NCBI GenBank assembly: GCA_021162845.1
Contig: JAGGXX010000048.1
Coordinates: 13,397-77,396, forward strand
DNA from: Thermoprotei archaeon
Lineage (GTDB): Archaea; Thermoproteota; Thermoprotei; QMSL01; B3-G16
DNA length: 64,000 nt
Direction: 5' to 3'
Shown: in pieces, positions 1-8,337 of the stretch
Layout of the letters: every line of letters starts with the position of its first letter
How positions within the stretch are numbered: position 1 is the stretch's first letter
Made by a program: the position numbers and the translations under genes
Notes under the pieces: generated by a model
The model's database searches: none
The model's input: the letters and a program-made list of their open reading frames with translations, nothing else
Told to the model about the DNA's origin: nothing

Positions 1-161
1 TGCGGTATCCGAGACACCGCACTGACTAGATCAACTAGGTTATAGATCTGAGCGGCTAATAAAACTTACTTAGCAGACTTAAATGAGGGAAAATTAAATA
101 AGACCTCTATAGCTAGGATCAGTATGGAGGGCCCGTAGTTTAGCCAGGCAGAATGGCGGGC

Positions 162-180
162 AGAACCTTGGTTCCCGCAC
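162..180 (+). other. tRNA-Trp intron 1 (19 nt), non-canonical position 32/33
   Basis: Relaxed BHB (HBh' type): helix GCGG/CCGC, 3-nt bulge GCA, helix GAAC/GTTC with loop CTTG, then 3' bulge ACT. Cleaving after the 2nd bulge nucleotide on both sides removes 19 nt and creates U33. Confidence 0.55.
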
Positions 181-185
181 TCCAG

Positions 186-215
186 ATCGGTCCCTATAGT
201 TTGGGGCTAAGAGAC
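186..215 (+). other. tRNA-Trp intron 2 (30 nt), canonical position 37/38
   Basis: Flanked by A on both sides (1-nt positional ambiguity). Internal helix GTCCC/GGGGC; anticodon region CTCC pairs partially with AGAG of the intron. Removal gives anticodon loop CTCCAGA closed by GCGGG/CCCGC. Confidence 0.55.
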
Positions 216-477
216 ACCCGCTGGCCGGGGTTCAAATCCCCGCGGGCCCACCATGCTATTTTTGTCGAGTTCATGCTAAATTAAAGGGCTTCAAGGCACC
301 AGAAGCTCTTTACCCCGAGAGGAGCCCAAATTGCTAGATTAGGCCCCTATTTCAACGGGTATCAGGTAAGCTAGTGGTATGAACTTTGATGTGCCATAAC
401 GGCTTTTGATAAAAATTTAGGGGGACGCAGGGGCTCATTATGATTAACTTGATAATGGGCTACGAGGTGAATGACCA

Positions 478-888
478 ATGAGGTGTGAATGGATTGATGA
501 GGAATGGACTGAGGATCTCTCCTGGTGCCCCAGCCAGTGTTATAGGAGGATAAGGTGTAATGGTAGAATTTACACGTTATACCTTCGCTGGAGATGGGAG
601 GATCCTTGGCAGTTTAGCATTGCCGAAGGGGATATGTTAAGCCAGAGAGGGTTATTTGTCATAGACTTCAGAAGGGGACAAGCGGGTCGTCTCATAGGGT
701 TTGATGAGGAAGGAAAGCCCATTGTTGAGGAGCTTAAGTGGAGGTTCATAACAGGTGATTTATTCGCTGAGCTCGGGTTGTTCTTCAGAGATGAGGAGTA
801 TAGGCAAGCTGAGAGAAAAGCTGAGGAGATATTCTTTGAGTGGATTAAGAAAAGATGCCTAGGTTCATCTGACGATGCCGTTTATTAA
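478..888 (+). CDS. hypothetical protein (Cys/Trp-rich N-terminus), orphan
   Basis: 136-aa ORF between two convergent tRNA genes. No recognizable motifs, and the start codon is uncertain. Confidence 0.35.
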   Translation: MRCEWIDEEWTEDLSWCPSQCYRRIRCNGRIYTLYLRWRWEDPWQFSIAEGDMLSQRGLFVIDFRRGQAGRLIGFDEEGKPIVEELKWRFITGDLFAELGLFFRDEEYRQAERKAEEIFFEWIKKRCLGSSDDAVY

Positions 889-948
889 GCGCGGGTATTC
901 CCGACTAACCTTAAAGGACACTCATGAGAAAGCTACAGATATTTGTAG

Positions 949-1037
949 TGCCGGGGCCGGGATTTGAACCCGGGACCTCCGGATCTCCCAGAGCGCCTTA
1001 TGAGTCCGGCGCCCCAACCAGGCTAGGCGACCCCGGC
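949..1037 (-). tRNA. tRNA-Met or tRNA-Ile2 (anticodon CAT) with 14-nt intron
   Basis: Reverse complement folds as GCCGGGG / D-arm GCCT..GGGC / anticodon stem CCGGA..TCCGG with loop CTCATAA / T-arm CCGGG-TTCAAAT-CCCGG / acceptor CCCCGGC + A. G1:C72 indicates an elongator-type tRNA. No CCA is encoded. Confidence 0.75.
985..998 (-). other. tRNA-Met(CAT) intron, canonical 37/38, about 14 nt
   Basis: AGGCGCTCTGGGAG lies between the anticodon loop and the 3' strand of the anticodon stem. H helix CTCA/TGGG with bulges TA|A and AG|A. Position ambiguous by 1 nt. Confidence 0.55.
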
Positions 1038-1587
1038 GCTCTCCCCTGCCGCTTCTTCGGAATTAGTCTCCTCAAAACGCCTTAAAATGTTTTCTCTTCA
1101 TAATCACTCGCCTACTGCATGTTTCCATTGAGAGGATGAAATTGAAGAATGTCATTAGAGGGCTCTCGAGAGCTTGAATCCACGAACCCTCACGAAGCTC
1201 CACCCTTATACATCTAGCCCTTTGGACTGTGGGATCTGATTACTTTTAATCCTTTTAATCAAAGAGTACTTTTATATTAAAAAGTTTATAAGAACTCCAC
1301 TACACAATCGACATGAGGTAAGTGGTATATCGGAGGTTAAGGAGATAGCGGATTACGCGCGGATTGCCCGAGAGTTTTCAGAGTATGTAAGAACCAGGTC
1401 TAAGGCCTATGGGTTCATAGGCATTACATGGGGGATCGCCATTCTACTAAGCTTTTCCTTGGCGCACCTTCTTCTCCATAGCGGAAGGCCTTGGATCGAG
1501 ATAGCGCCATGGTACTTCTTCTCGATATCTTGGCTAGGGCACGAGATTACATGACCTGGAGGAGGCATCAGAGGGAGAAATCAGGCC

Positions 1588-1930
1588 ATGAGTGATATAA
1601 GCGAGCTGATAAGGGATTTGGATAAGACGATACGCGAGAGAGTGATTGGGCATAATGACCATATTGTACAATGGCGGAAAAGCCGATTTTAAGGCCCTTA
1701 AAGTAGCGCTTGGCGTTAAGTGATGGCAACCTAGCTACTCATCTAAAAGCCTTAGAGAAAAAGGCTACATTAAGGTAACTAAGCGTTTTATCGCCAGAAG
1801 ATCTCAGACGCTTTATGAACTTACAGATAAGGGACGAAAAGCATATGTGGGGTACGTTAGCACTTTATTGAAGATCCTAAGGGCTGATAGAAAGCCCTAT
1901 GAGTGGCATATATTCAATAATGGCCCCTAG
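1588..1930 (+). pseudogene. decayed winged-helix transcriptional regulator (multiple frameshifts)
   Basis: Three consecutive frames translate to MSDISELIRDLDKTIRERVIGHNDHIVQW.. / ..NGGKADFKALKVALGVK* / ..SYSSKSLREKGYIKVTKRFIARRSQTLYELTDKGRKAYVGYVSTLLKIL. Read together they look like one wHTH protein broken by at least 2 frameshifts and a stop. No intact ORF appears in the six-frame track. Confidence 0.5.
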
Positions 1931-2306
1931 AGTAGCAAGGAGGAGGATGGGAAGTTCGAACCGATGAGTCCTGATGACGGTTTCTTTGCCGTAAGGCTAC
2001 GGAAGAAAGGGAAGACAATTGTAGTGAGGCTCCTCAGGGCTGACGCGTATAGGTTTTGGCTCAAGACCCATAGGCTTCCATAGGTTAAGTCTGTCGATGA
2101 AATAGCCTTCGAAGGAAGGCCGCCTTTTGCCTTCTTGGAATATCGCGATGAAAAACTAGGACTGGAGCTTAAGCTTGAGGCGTTTATCCCATATCAGAAG
2201 CGATTTGATGAGCGTATCCAGTGATCACGATGGATTGCGAGGATGAAGCCAGAGCCTTAAATAACGTTTGAGCATTATTAATGTGACATGGTGATTAGGC
2301 ATCACC

Positions 2307-3215
2307 GTGCCGCTTGTGATATACGATAATGATCTGGCTGGCGATTTCGATGGCACAGTAGGCCTAGCGGTGCTGCTCAGCCTTGATAGGCTAGGATATA
2401 TAAGGCTTTATGGCATTGGTCTAGCGGACATTAGTTACTGGGGGCCAACAGCTGTTGATAACGCTGTCAGGTACGCCTTGAAGAGGGATGTGCCAATAGG
2501 GGTAAGGAAGGACGTCACACCGGATAAGCGCCCGAATCACGCTAAAGCAAGCTACGATAGGTTCGGCGCGAGGATCACTTGGCAGGACTGCGAGGATGTC
2601 GTCAAACTATACAGGAGATTGCTAGCCGATGCTCCTGATAAATCGATTGTGCTTATCTCCGCTGGCCCACTTACCAATATAGCGAATTTGCTCAGAAGCA
2701 GGGGCGATGACGTAGATCAGCTCTCAGGAATAGATCTTATCGAGAGGAAGGTCACCAAGTACATAGCTATGGCAGGAGATCTACATGTGGCTGAATTTAA
2801 GGAGTATAACGTGGTAACGGACATAGAGTCGGCTCGATATGTCTTCGACAACTTCCCAAGATCCGTACCCCTCATAGTCGTGGATTTCAGGGTGCCCTAT
2901 GAGACGTTAACAGGAGACGTATTCGCAGAGGCCCCAGAGGGACACCCCATAAGGGCACAATGGGAGTACTTCAAGGATCCTAATTTCAGTAGGCCTTCAT
3001 GGGATCCCTACGCTACATTGCTGGCCCATCCGGAATGGAGGAGGTGGTTCAGACTTATAGGCCCTGGCAGAGTGACGGTGGACGAAGAAGGACACACGGT
3101 CTTTAATGAGAGATCCAGGGAATGGAAACACTATTATATAGAGCACTTACAGGACGTAACTAAGGACATTATGAGGGAGACCATACACGAGATAATAAAG
3201 GCGGGATGGCATTAA
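2307..3215 (+). CDS. nucleoside hydrolase (IUNH family)
   Basis: N-terminal Asp cluster VIYDNDLAGDFDG (DxDxxxDD-like), SAGPLTNIA motif and EYNVVTDIESARYVF (compare E(F/W)N..DPEAA..VF). The start may be an alternative codon. Confidence 0.6.
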   Translation: MPLVIYDNDLAGDFDGTVGLAVLLSLDRLGYIRLYGIGLADISYWGPTAVDNAVRYALKRDVPIGVRKDVTPDKRPNHAKASYDRFGARITWQDCEDVVKLYRRLLADAPDKSIVLISAGPLTNIANLLRSRGDDVDQLSGIDLIERKVTKYIAMAGDLHVAEFKEYNVVTDIESARYVFDNFPRSVPLIVVDFRVPYETLTGDVFAEAPEGHPIRAQWEYFKDPNFSRPSWDPYATLLAHPEWRRWFRLIGPGRVTVDEEGHTVFNERSREWKHYYIEHLQDVTKDIMRETIHEIIKAGWH

Positions 3216-3457
3216 GGACGACGATGTAAGTGCCATAACAGAGGGACGATAATGCATTATCGATGGAGAAGCCAAAGTAAGGACTATGTAAAACCTAGCA
3301 TTATTTTTCTCGGAAGATTAAGCTGAAGGGCGTTCTTAACAGCACTTAGTGCTCCTTCATTTGAGGGATAATTGCATGGACGCCTTTCTATTCGTCTTAA
3401 TTTTAACGAGGAAGTAAGCTATTTTAAGTACTGAGAGAGCTAAATACGGTGGGATAA

Positions 3458-5938
3458 GTGACCGATAACTCAGGTTCTTCCAAGGGATTCTACATCCCTC
3501 CTAGCGTTAAACGCCCCGATATATATCATAAGAGCTGGATTGATCTTAACAAGAATGGTATCATGGATCCTTATGAGAATCCTAAGCTACCAATTGAGGA
3601 GAGAGTGGAGGATCTTCTCTCTAGGATGACTCTTGAGGAGAAAATAGCCCAGCTACAGTCCGGGATTTATATACCCAAGTGCGGAATGGGGAACCTGACA
3701 TGCGTTCTTCGCCGCCTTCCCCCGAGGGAGGGGGCTAAAAGAGCTAACGAACTTCAGGTTAGAGCCATAGAGGAGACCCGTTTGGGGATCCCTGTCATCA
3801 TACATGATGAGTGCCTTCACGGCTGTATGGCGATGTATTCTACTAGTTTTCCGCAAGCCATAGGATTAGCCGCTACATGGGATCCGGATTTAGTGTATAG
3901 GGTCGCTAAGGCAATAGGTAAGGAGACGAGGGCCAGGGGGATACACCAATGCCTCTCACCTGTAGTTAACATAGTGCGTGATGTAAGGGCTGGCAGAACA
4001 GAGGAAAGCTATGGCGAGGATCCCTACTTGACATCAGTCATGGGAGCCGCCTTTTGTAAGGCGCTACGTGAGGAGGGGGTCATAGCGACGCCTAAGCACT
4101 TCGTGACTAATTTCGTAGGCGATGGAGGAAGGGATAGCCATGAGATCCACTTCTCAGAACGCATTCTAAGGGAGATCTACTTTCCTGGTTTTAAGGCGTG
4201 TATAAAGGCTGGCGCGCTCTCCGTTATGGCGGCCTATAATTCCCTCGACGGGATACCATGCTCATGCAATAGATGGCTCTTAACGGAGGTCCTTAGGGAT
4301 GAATGGGGATTCGAGGGCTTCGTAGTCTCCGACTACGGCTCGGTGGCTGGAATACTCTATAGGCACCGAGTGGCCGCTACTTCTGAAGAAACGGCCGCGA
4401 AAGCCCTCAAGGCTGGACTAGATGTAGAATTGCCTAGGGCAGAGTTCTACAGCGAACCCTTAATTAAGGCCGTTAAGGAGGGCATGGTTCCTGAGGAAGT
4501 CGTAGATGAGGCTGTCCGCAGGGTTCTAAGAGTTAAGTTCCTCATCGGCCTCTTCGACAATCCATTTGCTAATCCAGAGGAAGCCGAGAAGATATGCGGA
4601 TGTAGGGAGCATAGAGAGCTAGCGCTTCAAGCTGCTAGGGAGGCCATCGTCCTCCTTAAAAACGAAGGCAAGCTCCTACCGCTGGATAGGGATAAGATAG
4701 GATCTATCGCCGTGTTAGGACCCTTATCGGATGAGTTACCGCTTGGCGGTTATAGTGGGATACCCCCTAGGAAGGTTACGCCTCTTGAAGCTATAAAGAG
4801 CAAGGTTAAGTCGGGCACTGAAGTATACCATGCTAAGGGGTGTACCATATTCAACACGATGAAGGAGTTCAGGAAGGCGGTTGATATAGCGAGGAAGGCA
4901 GATGTAGCCATAGTCTTCGTAGGGATAATCGAGGGAGAAGGTAAAGATAGGGCTAGGCTAGAGCTACCAAGCCTACAAGAGGAGCTAATAGAGGAGGTAG
5001 TCAAAACTGGTACGCCGACCGTAGTAGTCCTCATGACGGGGAGCGCTGTAACTGGTGATTGGATCGATAAGGTTCCCGCGATAATTCAGGCTTGGTATCC
5101 AGGTCAAGAGGGAGGCACAGCCATAGCCGAGGTACTCTTCGGCGAGTATAACCCTGGAGGTAAGTTGCCCTTCACATGGCCACGCTATGTAGGCCAGCTC
5201 CCGCTATACTACAATTATAAGCCTAGCGGGAGGGGATATGATTATGTCGATATGCCTGGGACGCCATTATTCCCATTCGGTCATGGCTTAAGCTATACGG
5301 AATTCCAATACAGTAACTTAAGAGTAGAGGTGGACGAGGAGGTAGGAAATGTAAAGATAAGCGCGGATGTCGAAAACGTTGGGGATAGGGAAGGGGACGA
5401 GGTGGTTCAGCTCTACATACGTGATGTGGTAGCTAGTGTGGCGAGGCCTCTGAAGGAGCTAAAGGGCTTCAAAAGGATAACACTCAAGCCAGGGGAAAAG
5501 AAAACAGTAACATTCACGCTAACTCCTGATGACCTTGCATTCCTCGATGCAGACATGAGGAGAGTAGTGGAGCCGGGGACGTTCGAGGTCATGATAGGAG
5601 GCTCTTCAGAGGACATCAGATTAAGAGGGGCATTCGATATTAAAAAGAGAATTACCGCCAACTTTAGATGCCTTCAACTAGTGCCCGAAAAGACGAGCGG
5701 AAGGCCGGGGGAGTCCATTAAGGTTAAGGTAGTAGTCGGAAATGAAGGTGATATTGCCGATCTAGCCTCGGTGAAGTTATTCGTAAGAGGCAAGGAAGTA
5801 TGCTCTAAACGCGTAGATCTCTCCTCTCACGAAGTGCGTGAGATTATATTCAGGTTAAAGTTCCCTGAGAAAGGCGATTACGAAGTAGCAGTCGGGATAC
5901 CCGAGCCTGAGAAGTCAATAGTCATCAAAATATTATAA
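3458..5938 (+). CDS. glycoside hydrolase family 3 beta-glucosidase/xylosidase with extra C-terminal Ig-like domain
   Basis: KHFVTNFVGDGGRDSH and VVSDYGSV motifs, GH3 C-terminal domain (PLFPFGHGLSYTEF), plus an additional C-terminal beta-rich tail of about 150 aa. Confidence 0.85.
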   Translation: MTDNSGSSKGFYIPPSVKRPDIYHKSWIDLNKNGIMDPYENPKLPIEERVEDLLSRMTLEEKIAQLQSGIYIPKCGMGNLTCVLRRLPPREGAKRANELQVRAIEETRLGIPVIIHDECLHGCMAMYSTSFPQAIGLAATWDPDLVYRVAKAIGKETRARGIHQCLSPVVNIVRDVRAGRTEESYGEDPYLTSVMGAAFCKALREEGVIATPKHFVTNFVGDGGRDSHEIHFSERILREIYFPGFKACIKAGALSVMAAYNSLDGIPCSCNRWLLTEVLRDEWGFEGFVVSDYGSVAGILYRHRVAATSEETAAKALKAGLDVELPRAEFYSEPLIKAVKEGMVPEEVVDEAVRRVLRVKFLIGLFDNPFANPEEAEKICGCREHRELALQAAREAIVLLKNEGKLLPLDRDKIGSIAVLGPLSDELPLGGYSGIPPRKVTPLEAIKSKVKSGTEVYHAKGCTIFNTMKEFRKAVDIARKADVAIVFVGIIEGEGKDRARLELPSLQEELIEEVVKTGTPTVVVLMTGSAVTGDWIDKVPAIIQAWYPGQEGGTAIAEVLFGEYNPGGKLPFTWPRYVGQLPLYYNYKPSGRGYDYVDMPGTPLFPFGHGLSYTEFQYSNLRVEVDEEVGNVKISADVENVGDREGDEVVQLYIRDVVASVARPLKELKGFKRITLKPGEKKTVTFTLTPDDLAFLDADMRRVVEPGTFEVMIGGSSEDIRLRGAFDIKKRITANFRCLQLVPEKTSGRPGESIKVKVVVGNEGDIADLASVKLFVRGKEVCSKRVDLSSHEVREIIFRLKFPEKGDYEVAVGIPEPEKSIVIKIL

Positions 5939-6086
5939 GATTTTTATAACCTAAACCCTAAAATTCCATGAAATATCAATGACAACAGCTCATTATTTTT
6001 ATAGCTTAAAGTAAAGAATTATAACGATCATCAACTAAATTCATCGTCACTAATTAGCTCAAAATTTTAGATTACATTAAGATTAG

Positions 6087-7919
6087 TTAGTACTCAGCGT
6101 CTGGATCGAGCTGGCTCATCAATATATCATGAGCCTTGAGTATGTCGCTTCTGCATATAATCCCTATTAGCTTCATTGGATCCTCTGGATCTACTACTGG
6201 TAACTGCGCTACGTTATGCTGTATCAGCTTCCTAAGCGCTGAAGCTAGGGTCTCGTTTGGTGTTACCTTTATGACCTTCTTACTCATGACCTCCTTAACT
6301 TTAATTTGCCTTCTACTCTCAGGTGATATGTGCATTACATCTTCAAATGCGAGCATGCCTATCACTTTTTCATCCCTTACTACGGGTAATCCCCTCATCC
6401 TAGAGCTCATCATGATCCTTAACGCCTCGCTCACTGTCATATCGGGACTAAGCGCTGGTACTTCAGTATTCATAACATCCCTTACGTAGATCCTCTCCAG
6501 GACATCCACGTTATACTCCCTTATGTGAGCTGGTGAGTAGGCTCTATTAGGCACTTGCTCGGAGTAAATGGCATTTTTGCCCGTGAGCATATAGGAGATG
6601 GCTATAGCTAACATGGCTGGAGGAATTATCTCGTAGCTTCCAGTCATCTCAGAAACCATGATCAATGTCGCTATGGGAGCCTTCGAGATACCACCGAATA
6701 AGGCCATCATGCCTATTAATGTAGAGGATGCTATAAACTCCTCTTTATTCAGCACTAGCGATGGTAAAATATTCACGAAGAGGTTGCCTACGGCGTTTCC
6801 CACTAAAGCTCCTATGACAAGACCTGGAGCGAAGACCCCACCACTTCCCCCAGAACCTATTGTAACGGCGGTAGCTAGTATCTTAAGCAGTGCTATAAGG
6901 AAGAGCCATACAACTCCCTCCTCCCATGTCCTAGGGAAGAGCCAACTTCCATTTAATGCGAGGATCGGGAACTTGTTGTACATGAGTCCGACGATCCATC
7001 CGTAGCCCATTTCAAGTACTTGTGGGAAGGACAACCCCAGTATTCCTATCAAGAGCCCTCCTATGGCAGGCTTTAGGTGATTGGGTATCCGTATTTTCTC
7101 GAAGAGCTCCTCTGCATAATAGAACGTCCTGACGTAAACTATACCCACTAAGGCACATGCGACGCCTAAGACGGCGTAGCACAAGAGCTCTGGTGGATGG
7201 TGGAAGGTAGTTGGTGGGATGGAGAATATGTGATCCCACCCACTATACGAGCCGAAGATGCTATACCCCACTATCGATGCTATGAAGGCTGGTATAAGTG
7301 CCTCGACCTCGTAGTCATCATGATATAATACCTCAGCGCTGAATAACGCACCTCCTAGAGGGGCTTTGAATATCGTGCCTATGCCCGCGCCTATGCCTAT
7401 CGCAGTTGCAAGCCTCCTATAGCGAGTGCCAAGGTGCAAAAAGGACGCCACCATAGAGCCGAAGCCCGCGCTTATCTGAGCCATGGGTCCTTCTCTCCCC
7501 GCGCTTCCTCCTGACCCTATGGTTATCGCTGAGGCTATCATCTTAATTAAGGGTACCCTCCCCCTCACGCGACCAGCGTACTTATGGAAGGAGGCTATGG
7601 CTGCATCCGTACCATGCCCCTTTGTCTCGGGTGCAAAGCTGAATACTATTAAGCCCGTTACTAAGCCGCCTAAGGTAGTTATCACTGGAATAAGCCAGGG
7701 CCTCCCAGGCGGAGGTGGTAGGGTCCACTTAAGGCCACACCCCGGGATGTCATATTCAGCGGTAGTTTCGAGCATGAATTTCATGCATACATCGAGTAAC
7801 TCATGGAAGAAGATGGCTCCTACGCCAGATATAATTCCAATGCATACTCCTAACAATAGCGTGTTCTTAAAGTAGACAGAGTTAAGCTTTCTCGCCCTTA
7901 GCGAAGGAAGTTTTATCAT
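6087..7919 (-). CDS. clc: ClC-family chloride channel / H+-Cl- antiporter with C-terminal CBS pair
   Basis: GSGGSAGREGP and GGVFAPGL selectivity motifs, multiple TM helices and two C-terminal CBS-like segments. Confidence 0.85.
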   Translation of the reverse strand: MIKLPSLRARKLNSVYFKNTLLLGVCIGIISGVGAIFFHELLDVCMKFMLETTAEYDIPGCGLKWTLPPPPGRPWLIPVITTLGGLVTGLIVFSFAPETKGHGTDAAIASFHKYAGRVRGRVPLIKMIASAITIGSGGSAGREGPMAQISAGFGSMVASFLHLGTRYRRLATAIGIGAGIGTIFKAPLGGALFSAEVLYHDDYEVEALIPAFIASIVGYSIFGSYSGWDHIFSIPPTTFHHPPELLCYAVLGVACALVGIVYVRTFYYAEELFEKIRIPNHLKPAIGGLLIGILGLSFPQVLEMGYGWIVGLMYNKFPILALNGSWLFPRTWEEGVVWLFLIALLKILATAVTIGSGGSGGVFAPGLVIGALVGNAVGNLFVNILPSLVLNKEEFIASSTLIGMMALFGGISKAPIATLIMVSEMTGSYEIIPPAMLAIAISYMLTGKNAIYSEQVPNRAYSPAHIREYNVDVLERIYVRDVMNTEVPALSPDMTVSEALRIMMSSRMRGLPVVRDEKVIGMLAFEDVMHISPESRRQIKVKEVMSKKVIKVTPNETLASALRKLIQHNVAQLPVVDPEDPMKLIGIICRSDILKAHDILMSQLDPDAEY

Positions 7920-8337
7920 GGTTTCACCTCCTTACGCTAGTATATCTCTGACGCCGTAGATCCAGACTCAGAAACTCTACTTGGAGGAATAAATATCTTC
8001 CTATGAAAACTAAGCCTTAAGGAATATAATGAAGCGTAAAGGGTGATTTGTACACTGAATAGGCATTGCTGTCATCAATAAATGACCGCGTTCTAACGAC
8101 TCTCCGGGCGTTAAGCACGAGTTAGATAATCGCTTAAAGGAGTATTTCCATAATTAAACAAACTACTTAGATCATAATAAAATGAGTTAATTATGAGGAG
8201 ATGTTAATATTTTTAATGATAATTTAGAAGTGAGAGTTACTAGGACATGGCCCATGAATTATAGCTCTGGAGCTTCGCCCCTCCGAGATCTTTTTATTCA
8301 TCCATCTCATAATATTCAAGACCATCGGTGGTTCTGA

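Larger units (their letters stand above)
129..253 (+). tRNA. tRNA-Trp(CCA) containing two introns (CCA encoded at 251-253)
   Basis: 7-bp acceptor GGGCCCG/CGGGCCC, T-arm CGGGG-TTCAAAT-CCCCG, D-loop AGCCAGGCA, discriminator A. After removing two predicted introns the anticodon loop is CTCCAGA (CCA = Trp) and the mature length is 73 nt. Folded by hand, not by a tRNA finder. Confidence 0.7.

Noticed and set aside
1321-1560. 74-codon open frame encoding a hydrophobic peptide (..GFIGITWGIAILLSFSLAHLLL..).
   Set aside because: No ATG, GTG or TTG start in frame back to the preceding stop. Likely a remnant or a chance frame. It is mentioned only within the decay-zone finding.
3653-5661. Minus-strand ORFs of 60-180 aa inside the GH3 gene, and similar antisense ORFs inside the ClC, transporter, MCM, aIF5B and PEP synthase genes and elsewhere in the six-frame track.
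   Set aside because: They are fully embedded antisense within long, motif-rich genes. They show low-complexity Ser/Pro/Leu-rich translations typical of shadow ORFs in GC-moderate DNA, and no independent signals.
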